Shown: positions 50,232 through 60,389 of the stretch, one piece after another
Layout of the letters: every line of letters begins with the position of its first letter
How positions within the stretch are numbered: the stretch's first letter is position 1
Source of the DNA: Bacteroidales bacterium
GTDB taxonomy: Bacteria > Bacteroidota > Bacteroidia > Bacteroidales > ML635J-15
Length of the DNA stretch: 64,000 bases
Direction: 5' to 3'
NCBI GenBank assembly: GCA_003249955.1
Contig: QKHS01000095.1
Location: 11,299 to 75,298 of the forward strand
Program-made: the position numbers and the translations under genes
Notes under the pieces: model-generated
Told to the model about the DNA's origin: nothing
Databases searched by the model: none
The model's input: the letters and a program-made list of their open reading frames with translations, nothing else

Positions 50232-51290
50232 ATGATAAAATTAAACTCTTCCAAACACTTCTCAAAAACCAGGTTAATTGTACTGATAATTTTTATTTTC
50301 AGTTGCACCGCAGCAGGATTCGCTCAAAAGACGAAAACTTATTACATAGGAGATTCCGGAAAACTAACACCAAAACAGGATGCTCTCTACAAAAGAGAAG
50401 TCACCAGAGATGAATCACGATGGTTTGTATGTGACTATTATTTAAATGACAGTTTATACATGAAAGGATATTATCTTGACAAGGATATTAAAATCAAAAC
50501 CGACACCTTCAGAATCTTTCATATAAACGGAAATCTTTCTGAAATCATTATTTACAAAGATGGATTAATGAACGGGGAATATCAAAAGTATAATATTGCA
50601 GGGACAAAAATTCTGACAGGAAGTTACACCGATGGAAAATCAGATAACCACTGGAAAAGATATGATAATAATCCGGCATCAAACCCTGAATATGCAAATG
50701 TTCCGAATTATGACTTTTACGAATTACAAAACAGACCAAAGTATCCGGGTGGCCATGATGCATACAAGGTACATCTGGATTCTTATCGTTACCCTCATAA
50801 AACATCGCAGGAAGGATATTATGGTAAAGTAATAGCCACATTTGTGGTTTCAGAAACAGGCGAAATTACGGATATTGATATTATACTTCATGGAAGTGAG
50901 GAAATGGATTCTCAGGTTGTAAAAATGATACAGGAAATGCCGGACTGGCAGCCTGCAACCGTAAAAGGCAAAGCTGTTTCATCGTTCTTCATTCTGCCAG
51001 TTACTTTTCTTCTGGACGATGAAAAGGTAAATATTAAAAACAGAAAAATAGCAGAGGCATATTTTATAAGCGGGATAAATGATTACAAGAATAACAAATT
51101 CCCGAATGCCGCATTTAAATTTAAGAATGCAATTTCTTATGATAATAGTAATGCAAAATATTATTATTACTTAGCCGTAAGTTTATATCAGTATTATGAT
51201 CCTGACATAGCATGCGAATACTTTAAAATTGCCGATATGCTTGATGATCAGATCGTTAAGCCTGATATAAAAAAGTTTTGTAATTTTTAA
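50232..51290 (+). CDS. Exported protein with MORN/YwqK-like repeats, a TonB C-terminal-like domain and a TPR-like tail
   Basis: Signal peptide. The TonB_C-like segment is RPKYPGGHDAYKVHLDSYRYP...YGKVIATFVVSETGEITDIDII...WQPATVKGKAVSSFFILPVTF. Confidence 0.65.
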   Translation: MIKLNSSKHFSKTRLIVLIIFIFSCTAAGFAQKTKTYYIGDSGKLTPKQDALYKREVTRDESRWFVCDYYLNDSLYMKGYYLDKDIKIKTDTFRIFHINGNLSEIIIYKDGLMNGEYQKYNIAGTKILTGSYTDGKSDNHWKRYDNNPASNPEYANVPNYDFYELQNRPKYPGGHDAYKVHLDSYRYPHKTSQEGYYGKVIATFVVSETGEITDIDIILHGSEEMDSQVVKMIQEMPDWQPATVKGKAVSSFFILPVTFLLDDEKVNIKNRKIAEAYFISGINDYKNNKFPNAAFKFKNAISYDNSNAKYYYYLAVSLYQYYDPDIACEYFKIADMLDDQIVKPDIKKFCNF

Positions 51291-51693
51291 TTCCCGCGAT
51301 CTTGCTTATTTTTCTTATTGCAAAAAGAAACAAGACAAAAAAACTGGAGATTTTGAGAAATGAGACAATTAAATGTCAGCTCTCTTAAAACATTGCAATT
51401 AAAAATCACAGAACTAACGGATAAATCAAATTATTTAGCTCATAATTTTTTATTGAAATTGGATAATGAAGACTTCCAATGATGTAAAATTAATCCTTAC
51501 ATGTTGAAATTTTTTTATCTGCTCTGATATATTATCGTCAACTTTTCAGTTTTAATTTAAAAAATCAGAATAAAAAACGGCCTGTTATAAAAAATTTGAA
51601 TAAAACAGATACCTCCCCGCCAGCCGAAACTGACAAGGAAGTACTGTTGCCTGCAACTATACAGAGACACATAAACCCGCAAAACCACTTAGC

Positions 51694-53280
51694 TCATTCT
51701 GACAAGCTGTCTTTTTTTAATTGATGATTAATTGCTTTTCGCATTGTTTTAAATTTTGGATGTAACGCTTTTGGCCGAAGCGAACTTTCTTTTAAGCTGA
51801 AAACTAGCAGACAAAACAGTCCCAATAAACACAACCATCCGTATATCTCTTTCAGGCTTACCATAATTGACTGCTGTTGCAGAACTCCCAAGAGTTCCCC
51901 CTGAGGAATTTGTTTTATTATCGGATTTACATGGTCGAGATTTGCACTCAGCAACATAAAGTTCTTCTTCATAATTAACTTAAATGCCCGGCTCAATATT
52001 GTTGTCCCCAATAAAGCTCCAATACAGGCACTTGCAAATGCCTGTATTGTAAGCGACTGAAAAAAGTTTTGAAACGGTACGGGCACAAGTGCTGTTATAA
52101 AAGTTATCGCAATAATTATATAGCCCATTCCTCTTAAAAACAAAGGTAATATCAGCATTTCCTTTGGCAAATTAAAGTCAATAATGAAATACATTACCAG
52201 CAAATACCCTATGATTAATAAAAATCCGATTAATGTCATTGTCTTATATTTCCACTTTCGCAGAGCAAAAACATGGTATGTAAACAATGTACCTGCAACA
52301 AACCCCAAAATAACTACCCAATTAAGCGAAATCGCATTTAGTGCATCATAACCCAGAACACCTTCTGTGTAGATATGTTCAAATAAATGTGCCGGACTAA
52401 GCAACAGGTCAACTAAAATGTAAAGTATAAATGTAAGCCATACATTTCGGTAACTCCATGTTTTCAATTCAATAAAAGGATGCCGGATAAATGAAGCACG
52501 CCAAAGATTAAGAGCTAAACTAACAACCCCGAATACCACGCCAAGCCGTATATATCCTGATTGAAACCAATCCAGATATTCACCGTAATTAAGCACAAAA
52601 ATAATGCTTAGTATTGTTGCCGACCATAAAAACAGTCCCATCCAGTCAATTCCATAGAGCGGGAGCTTCTTCATGGAGCGATAATTGCGAAAAGTTACAA
52701 TAGTTACTGACATTACTAACAATAAAAGTCCGACAACCAACCAATGCATGTATTTCCATGTGTGCAGGTATGAAACATAAACAGTTGTCAAACCGGAAAG
52801 CAGTATAGATGTCTGCACTAAAAAATAAATATAAACAAACCATACCGACATATCTCGCTTTGGAGTTATCCATAACATAATTGTTGTATTACAAGCAAAA
52901 GTTCCCCACATTCTTAAAAATCCGGCTACAAAAGACACCGCAACCAAAAGCGGTAAACTATGTGTATGCATACTTATCAGGTTACAGGCTATAAGTCCCA
53001 ATGCAGTAACGAGCAAACTTGTTTTTATCGGAAACCGGAATTTAAGCCGGTACATAAAAGTAAAGGTAAGAGCCAAACCTACTAATGATGCATATCCCGC
53101 CATCATTATGTCTTCTTGCATCAATGCCATCGAACCCGTCATTTCACTGACAGATGCCAGATATATACCACCTGACAACTGATAGACAATAACAAATACG
53201 ACAAGTATCCAAGGCTTTATCTTTTCGGGAATAAAGTTCCTGATATCAGGAATAAAAAAAGTTTTATTTTCGTGTTGCAT
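51694..53280 (-). CDS. Divergent MFS-type efflux permease (in the EmrB position of the operon)
   Basis: 528 aa with about 14 hydrophobic segments. It is the last gene of a TolC - membrane-fusion - permease operon. I did not see the canonical MFS motif A. Confidence 0.65.
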   Translation of the reverse strand: MQHENKTFFIPDIRNFIPEKIKPWILVVFVIVYQLSGGIYLASVSEMTGSMALMQEDIMMAGYASLVGLALTFTFMYRLKFRFPIKTSLLVTALGLIACNLISMHTHSLPLLVAVSFVAGFLRMWGTFACNTTIMLWITPKRDMSVWFVYIYFLVQTSILLSGLTTVYVSYLHTWKYMHWLVVGLLLLVMSVTIVTFRNYRSMKKLPLYGIDWMGLFLWSATILSIIFVLNYGEYLDWFQSGYIRLGVVFGVVSLALNLWRASFIRHPFIELKTWSYRNVWLTFILYILVDLLLSPAHLFEHIYTEGVLGYDALNAISLNWVVILGFVAGTLFTYHVFALRKWKYKTMTLIGFLLIIGYLLVMYFIIDFNLPKEMLILPLFLRGMGYIIIAITFITALVPVPFQNFFQSLTIQAFASACIGALLGTTILSRAFKLIMKKNFMLLSANLDHVNPIIKQIPQGELLGVLQQQSIMVSLKEIYGWLCLLGLFCLLVFSLKESSLRPKALHPKFKTMRKAINHQLKKDSLSE

Positions 53281-53285
53281 AAGGT

Positions 53286-54320
53286 TTAATACTTTACTTC
53301 ACATTCCACATTCATACCAGTGCGTAAAAGCGATAAATCTTTTGCCTCGTTAGTCTCAGAAAATTCTATACGAACCGGAATGCGTTGTGCTACTTTAACA
53401 AAATTACCTGCAGAATTATCCTGAGGAAAAAGAGAAAAACTTGCTCCCGTAGCTCTCGAGATAGACTTTACTTTTCCTGTAAATATTTTGTCGGGCAATG
53501 CATCTACTTTAATTTCGACGATTTGTCCTTCTTTTATGTTATCTATCTGCGTTTCTTTAAAATTGGCAATTATCCACTTTTCTGTTTCATTTACCAGATC
53601 CAGTACGTTTTGTCCGGGTTGAACAAGTTGTCCCTCTTCAATAACTTTACGACCTGTGAAGCCATCGCATGGCGCAATAATTACAGTATAGGACAAATTA
53701 AGTTTTGCAAGTTCCAACGCAGCTTCTGCTAATTTTATCAGGGCATCATTCTGATCCAGACGCAAAGTTTGCTCATCTTTTACCAACGAAGTTGTATTAC
53801 GCATTCCCAGCATTTGTTCGTAACGGGCCCTGGCAGCATCATAATTAGTCTTAACATCATCAAACTGCTGTTTGGTAACAGCTTCCTGTTCCAGCAAATT
53901 TTTATATCTATTATATTCTTTTTCTGCATTTTCCATTAATATGCGACTTTCTTCAATTCCGGATTCAGAAACTACAATATTGCTCTGGGTCGTAAGAATT
54001 GTAGTTCCCATAGCTTTTTTCCCGGCTATGGCGTTTTGGTAATCTGCTTCAGCCTGTGCCAGGCGATATCGGTATTCCATATCTTCAATAACCAAAAGAG
54101 TATCTCCTTTGCTAACACTCTGATATTCATCAAAATATATCTTTTTAATATAACCCTGAACTCTTGTATTTATAGGAACTATCTGCTGTTTTACCTGTGC
54201 ATTATCTGTAAACTCTACATTCCCAAAATGAACGAAACGACTCCAGACCCAAATTATGCAAGCTACCAACAATCCTCCGACTACTATATTGTACACCAAT
54301 TTCATTTTCTTACTTTTCAT
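53286..54320 (-). CDS. HlyD/EmrA-family membrane fusion protein
   Basis: One N-terminal transmembrane segment, a biotinyl-lipoyl-like GYIKKIYFDEYQSVSKGDTLLVIED, a coiled-coil region and a beta-barrel tail. Confidence 0.85.
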   Translation of the reverse strand: MKSKKMKLVYNIVVGGLLVACIIWVWSRFVHFGNVEFTDNAQVKQQIVPINTRVQGYIKKIYFDEYQSVSKGDTLLVIEDMEYRYRLAQAEADYQNAIAGKKAMGTTILTTQSNIVVSESGIEESRILMENAEKEYNRYKNLLEQEAVTKQQFDDVKTNYDAARARYEQMLGMRNTTSLVKDEQTLRLDQNDALIKLAEAALELAKLNLSYTVIIAPCDGFTGRKVIEEGQLVQPGQNVLDLVNETEKWIIANFKETQIDNIKEGQIVEIKVDALPDKIFTGKVKSISRATGASFSLFPQDNSAGNFVKVAQRIPVRIEFSETNEAKDLSLLRTGMNVECEVKY

Positions 54321-54362
54321 ATTATTTCAATTTGATTATTCCTGACTTATAAATTTCTATAA

Positions 54363-55682
54363 CTACAACTTACCTGTTTCCCAAAGTAATTTTAAATGGC
54401 TGTAAACAACATTAAGATTTGCGTTTACTACCTGCAATTCTGCATTAAGCTTCATATTACTTGCATCTAACATTTCTGTGATTAATGCCAGATCGTTCAG
54501 GTAACGGTTATTAATTACAGCGTAGTTTTCCTTAGCAAGCTGAAAACTCTTTTCGTAAGCATATAGCTTGTCAAATGATTCCAGATATTTTGTGTATGCA
54601 GAATTAATTGCGATCTGAGCATGTTCCGATTCTGCATCATAGATGTAATTTGCAATATTCCTGCGACTTTTTGCAAGACGCACATCTGAGGAAGACGAAT
54701 AAAGAGAGGCGACATTGTATTTTATTCCGACTCCTACATACCAGTAATTAAGATTTTTGTTAATAGGAGGCACTTCAAAAGTTATCGGACCATTCAGATT
54801 TTCAGCTCCAATAATCGCCACCGCTGGATAGAAATTTGCTTTTACCAATCTTATCTCAGTTTCAGCAATATCCTTTTGTAAACCTGCTATTTGCAAATTA
54901 AATCTGTTTTTTTCGGCTATCTGCATCAATTCACTCATGGGTTGTTGTAGCAGATTAATGTTTTGAATAGTTGTATCGGGAAGAACTATTGTTTCTGCCG
55001 GTAAGCCAAGAGTAACAACCAGACTTTGATTTATTATACTGATATTATTTTCTATCTCAATAAGAGAAAGTTTAAGGTTTTGCAACATCAGCTCATAACG
55101 GGTAAGGTCATTGCTGAGTACCATTCCTTCTTTCTGTTTAGCCAGAACCTGTTTAATAATCACTTCGGTTTGTTCAATATTCTTCAGAAAAACCTTACGT
55201 TGATTATAAAGATTGTATAAATCCAGATACTGTCCTGCAACCAAAAACCTCATGTCAGAAATATTATTATTGTGTGCAAGCTGAGCAACCTGAGCCTCCA
55301 GATTTGCTTTTTCAATAGCGTTTGTAACTGCTCCTCCGGCAAAGACAAGATATGAAGCTTCAACAGAAAAATTATTACCCAGATGAGGTATCGGGGCATT
55401 AAAGCTGTTCGAAAAATTACGATCAAGAATAGCAGCATCTCCCATATATAATACTGAAACTCCTACGTCAATTGTTGGTAACTGAGAATTTTTTACAACT
55501 AAAACAGATTGTTGTGCTGTCTCAGAAACAGATTGGGATATTTTTAACTGCGTACTATTACGTTCTACTAATAAAAAAGCAGAATCTAATGAGATTACAA
55601 TTCCGTTATTAATTTGTGAAAATATGTTTTGCGCAACCAGTATTGATAGCATTAACAAATAAGTTCTTATTTTCATGTTCAT
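54363..55682 (-). CDS. TolC-family outer-membrane efflux protein
   Basis: Signal peptide and two internally repeated helical/beta halves, with a length and pattern typical of TolC/OprM-like proteins. The start could be either ATG, at 55682 or 55676. Confidence 0.8.
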   Translation of the reverse strand: MNMKIRTYLLMLSILVAQNIFSQINNGIVISLDSAFLLVERNSTQLKISQSVSETAQQSVLVVKNSQLPTIDVGVSVLYMGDAAILDRNFSNSFNAPIPHLGNNFSVEASYLVFAGGAVTNAIEKANLEAQVAQLAHNNNISDMRFLVAGQYLDLYNLYNQRKVFLKNIEQTEVIIKQVLAKQKEGMVLSNDLTRYELMLQNLKLSLIEIENNISIINQSLVVTLGLPAETIVLPDTTIQNINLLQQPMSELMQIAEKNRFNLQIAGLQKDIAETEIRLVKANFYPAVAIIGAENLNGPITFEVPPINKNLNYWYVGVGIKYNVASLYSSSSDVRLAKSRRNIANYIYDAESEHAQIAINSAYTKYLESFDKLYAYEKSFQLAKENYAVINNRYLNDLALITEMLDASNMKLNAELQVVNANLNVVYSHLKLLWETGKL

Positions 55683-55828
55683 TTTTTAAATTTTAAATCA
55701 GGGGGCAAAAGTCGGATTCTATTCGTGCAAACTACTTTTCATTTTTACTACAATATTTGTCAATATTTCCACAAAAATTATTTTTATAGCATAAATTATA
55801 TTATTTTTATAGTCAAAATAAGAAATGC

Positions 55829-56677
55829 ATGAATCCGCAAAGCAGTAGTTTTACTAAGCCCGATTTATCGGAAGAAGACATGACAATGTCTCTGAATAAC
55901 AACTCATTACCCTTATCCGGCAAGTTAACAAAATCAGGACGCTGTATAGTTTGTTATTGTTTAAAAGGATGGGCAGATATGGAAGTTAACTTAACGAAAC
56001 ATCGCTTTGTTGAATCGGAAATAATGGTACTCTTCCCGACTCAAATTGTGCAACAAAATGAGGTAAGCAGTGATTTCTCTGTAATGTATTTTTCAATTTC
56101 GCCAACAATGCTGCTTGAAGTTACATTTCGGTTTCCCCCTGATTTTATAAGTTTCTTGCGACAACATTTCTATTATAAAGTCAGCTCCGATTTACTACAG
56201 GAAGAACAAGTCCGCTTTGCTGTAATTCAGCAAAAGTTTTATGATAAAGATAATTATTGCCGCAGAGAGATATTGGTAAATTTTATACGCATATTCTTTT
56301 TGGAATTATATGATAAAATTCGCAGAGACGAATTAACCAACCCCGGGTCAAGACATAACAGAAGATCTGAAATTTTTGAAGAATTTATTAATTTGGTAAT
56401 GCGTAACTATAAATCAAACCGGGATGTTTGTTTCTATGCAAATACTTTATGCATTTCTCCCAAATACCTGTCAGTGATTACTATGGAGCTAAGCGGAAAC
56501 GGAGCCAAAGAATGGATTGACGACTATGTAATTTTAGAATTGAAAATCCGTTTAAAATCGACACAGGACAGTTTGCAGAAAATTGCAGACGAATTAAATT
56601 TTGCAGATCAGGCATTTTTATCAAAATACTTCAAGCTTCGCACCGGTCTGTCTCCAAGAGATTTTAGAAAAATGTAG
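55829..56677 (+). CDS. AraC-family transcriptional regulator, divergent from the efflux operon
   Basis: C-terminal double HTH: ANTLCISPKYLSVITMELSG...IADELNFADQAFLSKYFKLRTGLSPRDFR. Confidence 0.85.
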   Translation: MNPQSSSFTKPDLSEEDMTMSLNNNSLPLSGKLTKSGRCIVCYCLKGWADMEVNLTKHRFVESEIMVLFPTQIVQQNEVSSDFSVMYFSISPTMLLEVTFRFPPDFISFLRQHFYYKVSSDLLQEEQVRFAVIQQKFYDKDNYCRREILVNFIRIFFLELYDKIRRDELTNPGSRHNRRSEIFEEFINLVMRNYKSNRDVCFYANTLCISPKYLSVITMELSGNGAKEWIDDYVILELKIRLKSTQDSLQKIADELNFADQAFLSKYFKLRTGLSPRDFRKM

Positions 56678-56858
56678 GATACACATTGCATATGCATGAA
56701 ATTTTTGATGAATCAAGCTTTATCAGTACAGATAATTATTCTCTTTTGTACTGCTTTCAATCATCAACAACATTATACACATCTCTTTTATTCACTATTT
56801 CATCGATAACATTTTCGTAAAATATTATGAATACATTATGTCAGCATTAAAATTTTAC

Positions 56859-56866
56859 TATTTTTG
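56859..56866 (+). promoter_or_regulatory. Candidate -7 box TATTTTTG upstream of the RDD gene
   Basis: Exact TAnnTTTG match, 73 nt upstream of the ATG at 56939. Confidence 0.3.
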
Positions 56867-56938
56867 TAAATAAGGCTTAAAGCAAAGCACCAGTGTTGTT
56901 ATACAATATTTTAATAAACAAAACCAAAAAGCATAAAA

Positions 56939-57532
56939 ATGACAAGAGAAGAACACTTAAAATTTTGTAAGATTTGTAAAAATCAGACTTTCGATTTTAA
57001 ACAGGGTATAATATGTGGCCTTACAGGTAAGCAAGCAAACTTTGATTTAAAATGCAATTCTTTTTATGAAGATATAAAACTGAAAGCTGAAGCAGAATCC
57101 AAAATTACTGAAAATGAATTAATAACCAAAACTGCGGGTCAGGGAAAGAGATTTGCAAATTTTCTATTAGACTATATATTCCTGATTGTTATCAGTATGA
57201 TTTTCGGGGCAGGTCTGGGAATTGTGATTGCTATTATATCTCCGCAATCTGTTTCTTTTTTTGATGCTGATAATAAACTCATAAATTATTTCTTCGGATT
57301 TGTTGTAGGAATGATATATTACACATTTCTTGAATTTGCCACAGGAAGAACAATTGCCAAATTTATAACAAAGACAAAAGTTGTAACCGAAAAAGGCGAA
57401 AAACCTGATTTAGGGTCAATTTTAGTACGATCTCTATGCAGATTTATTCCTTTCGAGCCTTTTTCATTCCTGGGCTCTGATGCTTCCGGCTGGCATGATA
57501 AATTATCTAAAACAAAAGTGATTGAAGTATAA
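56939..57532 (+). CDS. RDD-family membrane protein with an N-terminal Cys-rich (zinc-ribbon-like) segment
   Basis: CKICKNQ...CGL...CNSF is followed by an RFANFLLDYIFL-type RDD core with transmembrane segments. Confidence 0.7.
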   Translation: MTREEHLKFCKICKNQTFDFKQGIICGLTGKQANFDLKCNSFYEDIKLKAEAESKITENELITKTAGQGKRFANFLLDYIFLIVISMIFGAGLGIVIAIISPQSVSFFDADNKLINYFFGFVVGMIYYTFLEFATGRTIAKFITKTKVVTEKGEKPDLGSILVRSLCRFIPFEPFSFLGSDASGWHDKLSKTKVIEV

Positions 57533-57636
57533 AACTGTCATTAATTGAATTATCTTACACGGATAAGCAGTTAGCAAAGATTCTTAAAGCTTATTGAATT
57601 ACCTGTAACTCTTGTATAATCAGGTTTTATCAATAA

Positions 57637-58311
57637 TCAGAACTTAAACTTATATCCTGCCTGAAAAACAAAATCAGTAAGCGGATTTTTTGTAAAATAT
57701 TCTTTTTGCACCATATATCCTAAATCGATGGAATGCATTTTATTAAAAGAATATCCTATACCGGCACAGATTCTGATTTTATCCAAAGGTTTATACCCGT
57801 TGTAAAAAACCGGAAAATATGCTTCTGCAGACAAATATGGTTCTGTTTTTCCAAGCTTGTACTTAATACTGTACTTAGGCCTTACGGCAGAACGTGTGCT
57901 ACCGTCTGAGTCAAAAACAAATATATTCTTTTGCTGAATCTGAAATCTTAACCTTAAAGACATATCAAAATTACCAACCCCGGTTTTATAGGAATAATCA
58001 GCATAAATTTTACTTCCCGGAATATATTGATTGTTAAGTTGCAATTGATAAAAGTATCTGTAAAACAGGGAAACCTGTGACTTCTTATCAAATTTATAGT
58101 TCACCCCTATTTCGTTTATTATGCTTCTTAATTCGGAAACATTCTCATTAAATCTGGAATCGTGTGCAAATTCCACCGAGAAAGCCTGAGTAATCTGTTT
58201 TTCGACCCCGAATCCTGCCCATACTCCTGCATCATTTACCTGCGAACAGACATTCGTGAATAAACTGGCACAAAATAACAGCGGAAGAAATATTTTTACT
58301 GCTTTATTCAT
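57637..58311 (-). CDS. DUF2490-like outer-membrane beta-barrel protein
   Basis: Signal peptide, alternating beta-strand pattern (WAGFGVEKQI, VEFAHDSRF, IGVNYKF...) and a terminal aromatic beta-signal, GYKFKF. Confidence 0.7.
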   Translation of the reverse strand: MNKAVKIFLPLLFCASLFTNVCSQVNDAGVWAGFGVEKQITQAFSVEFAHDSRFNENVSELRSIINEIGVNYKFDKKSQVSLFYRYFYQLQLNNQYIPGSKIYADYSYKTGVGNFDMSLRLRFQIQQKNIFVFDSDGSTRSAVRPKYSIKYKLGKTEPYLSAEAYFPVFYNGYKPLDKIRICAGIGYSFNKMHSIDLGYMVQKEYFTKNPLTDFVFQAGYKFKF

Positions 58312-59086
58312 AAAAATATATCTTTATTATTGCGGCATCTTTCAGCAAATTTATCTGTCCGATTACTATTCTGTGAATATTAAAACCGGTACGCTTCTTA
58401 AGATCTTCTATCAGCTCTTCTCTCCTTTCCGGAAGTATCAGGTCAAGGTTATCATATAGTACCTTCCGTGAAGATTCTCTTTTCAGGATTAACCTGCTGT
58501 CGAGAATAAAAATAAAAAAAATCAGAATCGAATTTATTATAATTAATTCGTAAAATTCGAGCCGGATAGCACTGATAAGACCGATTGCAATAAATATGAA
58601 CAAATAAGTCATATCTTTCATTGAAATGCCTGAGGTACGGTATCTCAACATCGAAAAAACTGCAAAAAGGCCGAAAGCGGCTCCCATGGATATTTTTACT
58701 TCATTAAGTACATAAGTAAGCAGGAATATCACCACATTAAACAAAATAAAAGTAAAAATATATCCCAGCTTTTTATTCCTCGGGTAATAAATAAGAAATA
58801 TTATCAAAAGAACAGAGCTTACATCTATCAACAAATTGATAAAAAAGTCTGCGTTTAACTTTATAACATCTTTTTCTTTGTCTTTCTTTTTCTTCGACTC
58901 CTTTACTTCCTGTGTTTTGGTATTAACAAGAGAATCGGCTCCGGTTGTTTCTTCCTGAGAAGACTGTTCCCAGACTTCACCTGTAGTTATTGTTTCTGTA
59001 TTTTCCTGTGCTGAAACCAAAACAGGCTGAAACATTGCGAAACCTGTGACAAATGTCAAAATCATTAAAATCCTGTATATTTTCAT
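58304..59086 (-). CDS. DUF4956-like polytopic membrane protein
   Basis: Signal-like N-terminus, a charged linker (SKKKKDKEKD), four to five transmembrane segments, and a soluble tail of about 65 aa (VLYDNLDLILPERREELIEDLKKRTGFNIHRIVIG). The family call is from memory of its typical pairing with VTC-domain genes. Confidence 0.65.
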   Translation of the reverse strand: MKIYRILMILTFVTGFAMFQPVLVSAQENTETITTGEVWEQSSQEETTGADSLVNTKTQEVKESKKKKDKEKDVIKLNADFFINLLIDVSSVLLIIFLIYYPRNKKLGYIFTFILFNVVIFLLTYVLNEVKISMGAAFGLFAVFSMLRYRTSGISMKDMTYLFIFIAIGLISAIRLEFYELIIINSILIFFIFILDSRLILKRESSRKVLYDNLDLILPERREELIEDLKKRTGFNIHRIVIGQINLLKDAAIIKIYFYE

Positions 59087-59118
59087 ATTCCTGAAATTTA
59101 TTTTCCTGTTTTTATTAG

Positions 59119-59895
59119 TTAATTTTCTATTCCGGGTTTAATCACATCTTCCCCGGAACAAAGCTTATTTACAAACCTTATTTTTTCTTTAATATTATTT
59201 TTTTTCACCTCCGGGTATAAACTTGCTATTCCAAGGCAATATTTACTAAGAGAACTTTCAAAGATTCTTTTTTCTCTTAAAATTTCCCTTAAAGGAGATC
59301 TGGCCGATTTATCCTGTTTAAGTTCTAAAATACATAACCCGGAATAACCGGCAGATGAAGTTTCGTTTTTAAAGTTAAGTCCTGTATCAATGGTAAGTCT
59401 CTCTGTAAAAGCTTTGTTTACCAGAGTAATGCGCGAGTAGGCCACATCGACAACAGGAATTATTTCTTTATATTTATCTGTGCATGATTTTAAAAAATTT
59501 TTGTAGCTTTTCTCTTTAAGAGAATCAGAATCCGGAATCGGAATTCTGTTTTTTGAAGTCTTTGAATGATTATTTTTAACTTTTATTTCCAGAAAACTCT
59601 GTCCTGTCTCCATATAAGTACGTAATCTTATTTTAAGCCTGGAAAAACGTCCACACTGGTGCTGATAATAAAAATAAAAATATGGGGTATCATAATACAG
59701 GGTTCTATAATTGCTCATTCTTACCCCGTTAATTTCAAGTATAAAATAATCATCTTCAAGCTTTAACAAAAGATCAGACAAATCAGATACTTTTATTAAA
59801 AACTTGGTATCCACCCTGTTCAGCAATTTAACAGAATCAATCTGGGAGAGCTGAACCGGTTCAAAGTCATTCAATATGTCGTTAAAGCTTTTCAA
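59119..59895 (-). CDS. VTC-domain (polyphosphate-polymerase-like, triphosphate-tunnel fold) protein
   Basis: No signal peptide. Alternating charged beta-strand motifs typical of tunnel enzymes: RVDTKFLI, RLKIRLRTY, FLEIKVKN, ILELKQDK, then SKYCLG. The start codon is TTG at 59895. Confidence 0.7.
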   Translation of the reverse strand: MKSFNDILNDFEPVQLSQIDSVKLLNRVDTKFLIKVSDLSDLLLKLEDDYFILEINGVRMSNYRTLYYDTPYFYFYYQHQCGRFSRLKIRLRTYMETGQSFLEIKVKNNHSKTSKNRIPIPDSDSLKEKSYKNFLKSCTDKYKEIIPVVDVAYSRITLVNKAFTERLTIDTGLNFKNETSSAGYSGLCILELKQDKSARSPLREILREKRIFESSLSKYCLGIASLYPEVKKNNIKEKIRFVNKLCSGEDVIKPGIEN

Positions 59896-59899
59896 AAGA

Positions 59900-60385
59900 C
59901 TAATAACTTGTGTATGAGTATTTTTTTACCCACCTTAACTCTCCCTTAGAGTTGTATTCTTTGGCATCTTTTTTCAGCCCTTTATTATCGGTTGAATATA
60001 CCTGTTTACTGATTATATTACCCTCGCTGTCGGTTTTTATTTCTTCTGTTTTCTCCCCTTTTGCATCATATTTATAAACCGTCTTTTCTGTCTTTCCCGA
60101 CTTTTTCTCATAATCGGTTTTTTCGGTAACATTACCAAAATTGTCATACTTAAAAGTTTCTTTTGATTTTACTTCGCCCGACTTGTTAAACTCCTGTTTA
60201 AGAACAGTATTGCCGTTTTTATCGTATTCCTCATACGATTCCTTATAAGTGACAGTTACGCCATCTTTCTGTTCTGTTTTTTCCGTAGTTCTCGACTTTA
60301 TTTTATTCGATTTTAACTCCGTTTTACTTTGAGAGAACCCGATAACCGGAACAATCATTAACAAGAAAAATATTATCTTTTTCAT
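59900..60385 (-). CDS. Small exported Lys/Glu/Thr-rich protein with short YD-like repeats
   Basis: Signal peptide MKKIIFFLLMIVPVIGFSQ. Repeated xYxYDxxGN-type units: YEEYDKNGN, FKYDNFGN, YKYDAKGE and VYSTDNKG. Confidence 0.6.
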   Translation of the reverse strand: MKKIIFFLLMIVPVIGFSQSKTELKSNKIKSRTTEKTEQKDGVTVTYKESYEEYDKNGNTVLKQEFNKSGEVKSKETFKYDNFGNVTEKTDYEKKSGKTEKTVYKYDAKGEKTEEIKTDSEGNIISKQVYSTDNKGLKKDAKEYNSKGELRWVKKYSYTSY

Positions 60386-60389
60386 AATC

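Noticed and set aside
51360-51482. An ORF of about 40 codons (MRQLNVSSLKTLQLKITELTD...) in the 400-bp gap after the TonB_C-like gene.
   Set aside because: It is AT-rich with no promoter box or recognisable motif. It cannot be told apart from a chance ORF without conservation data.
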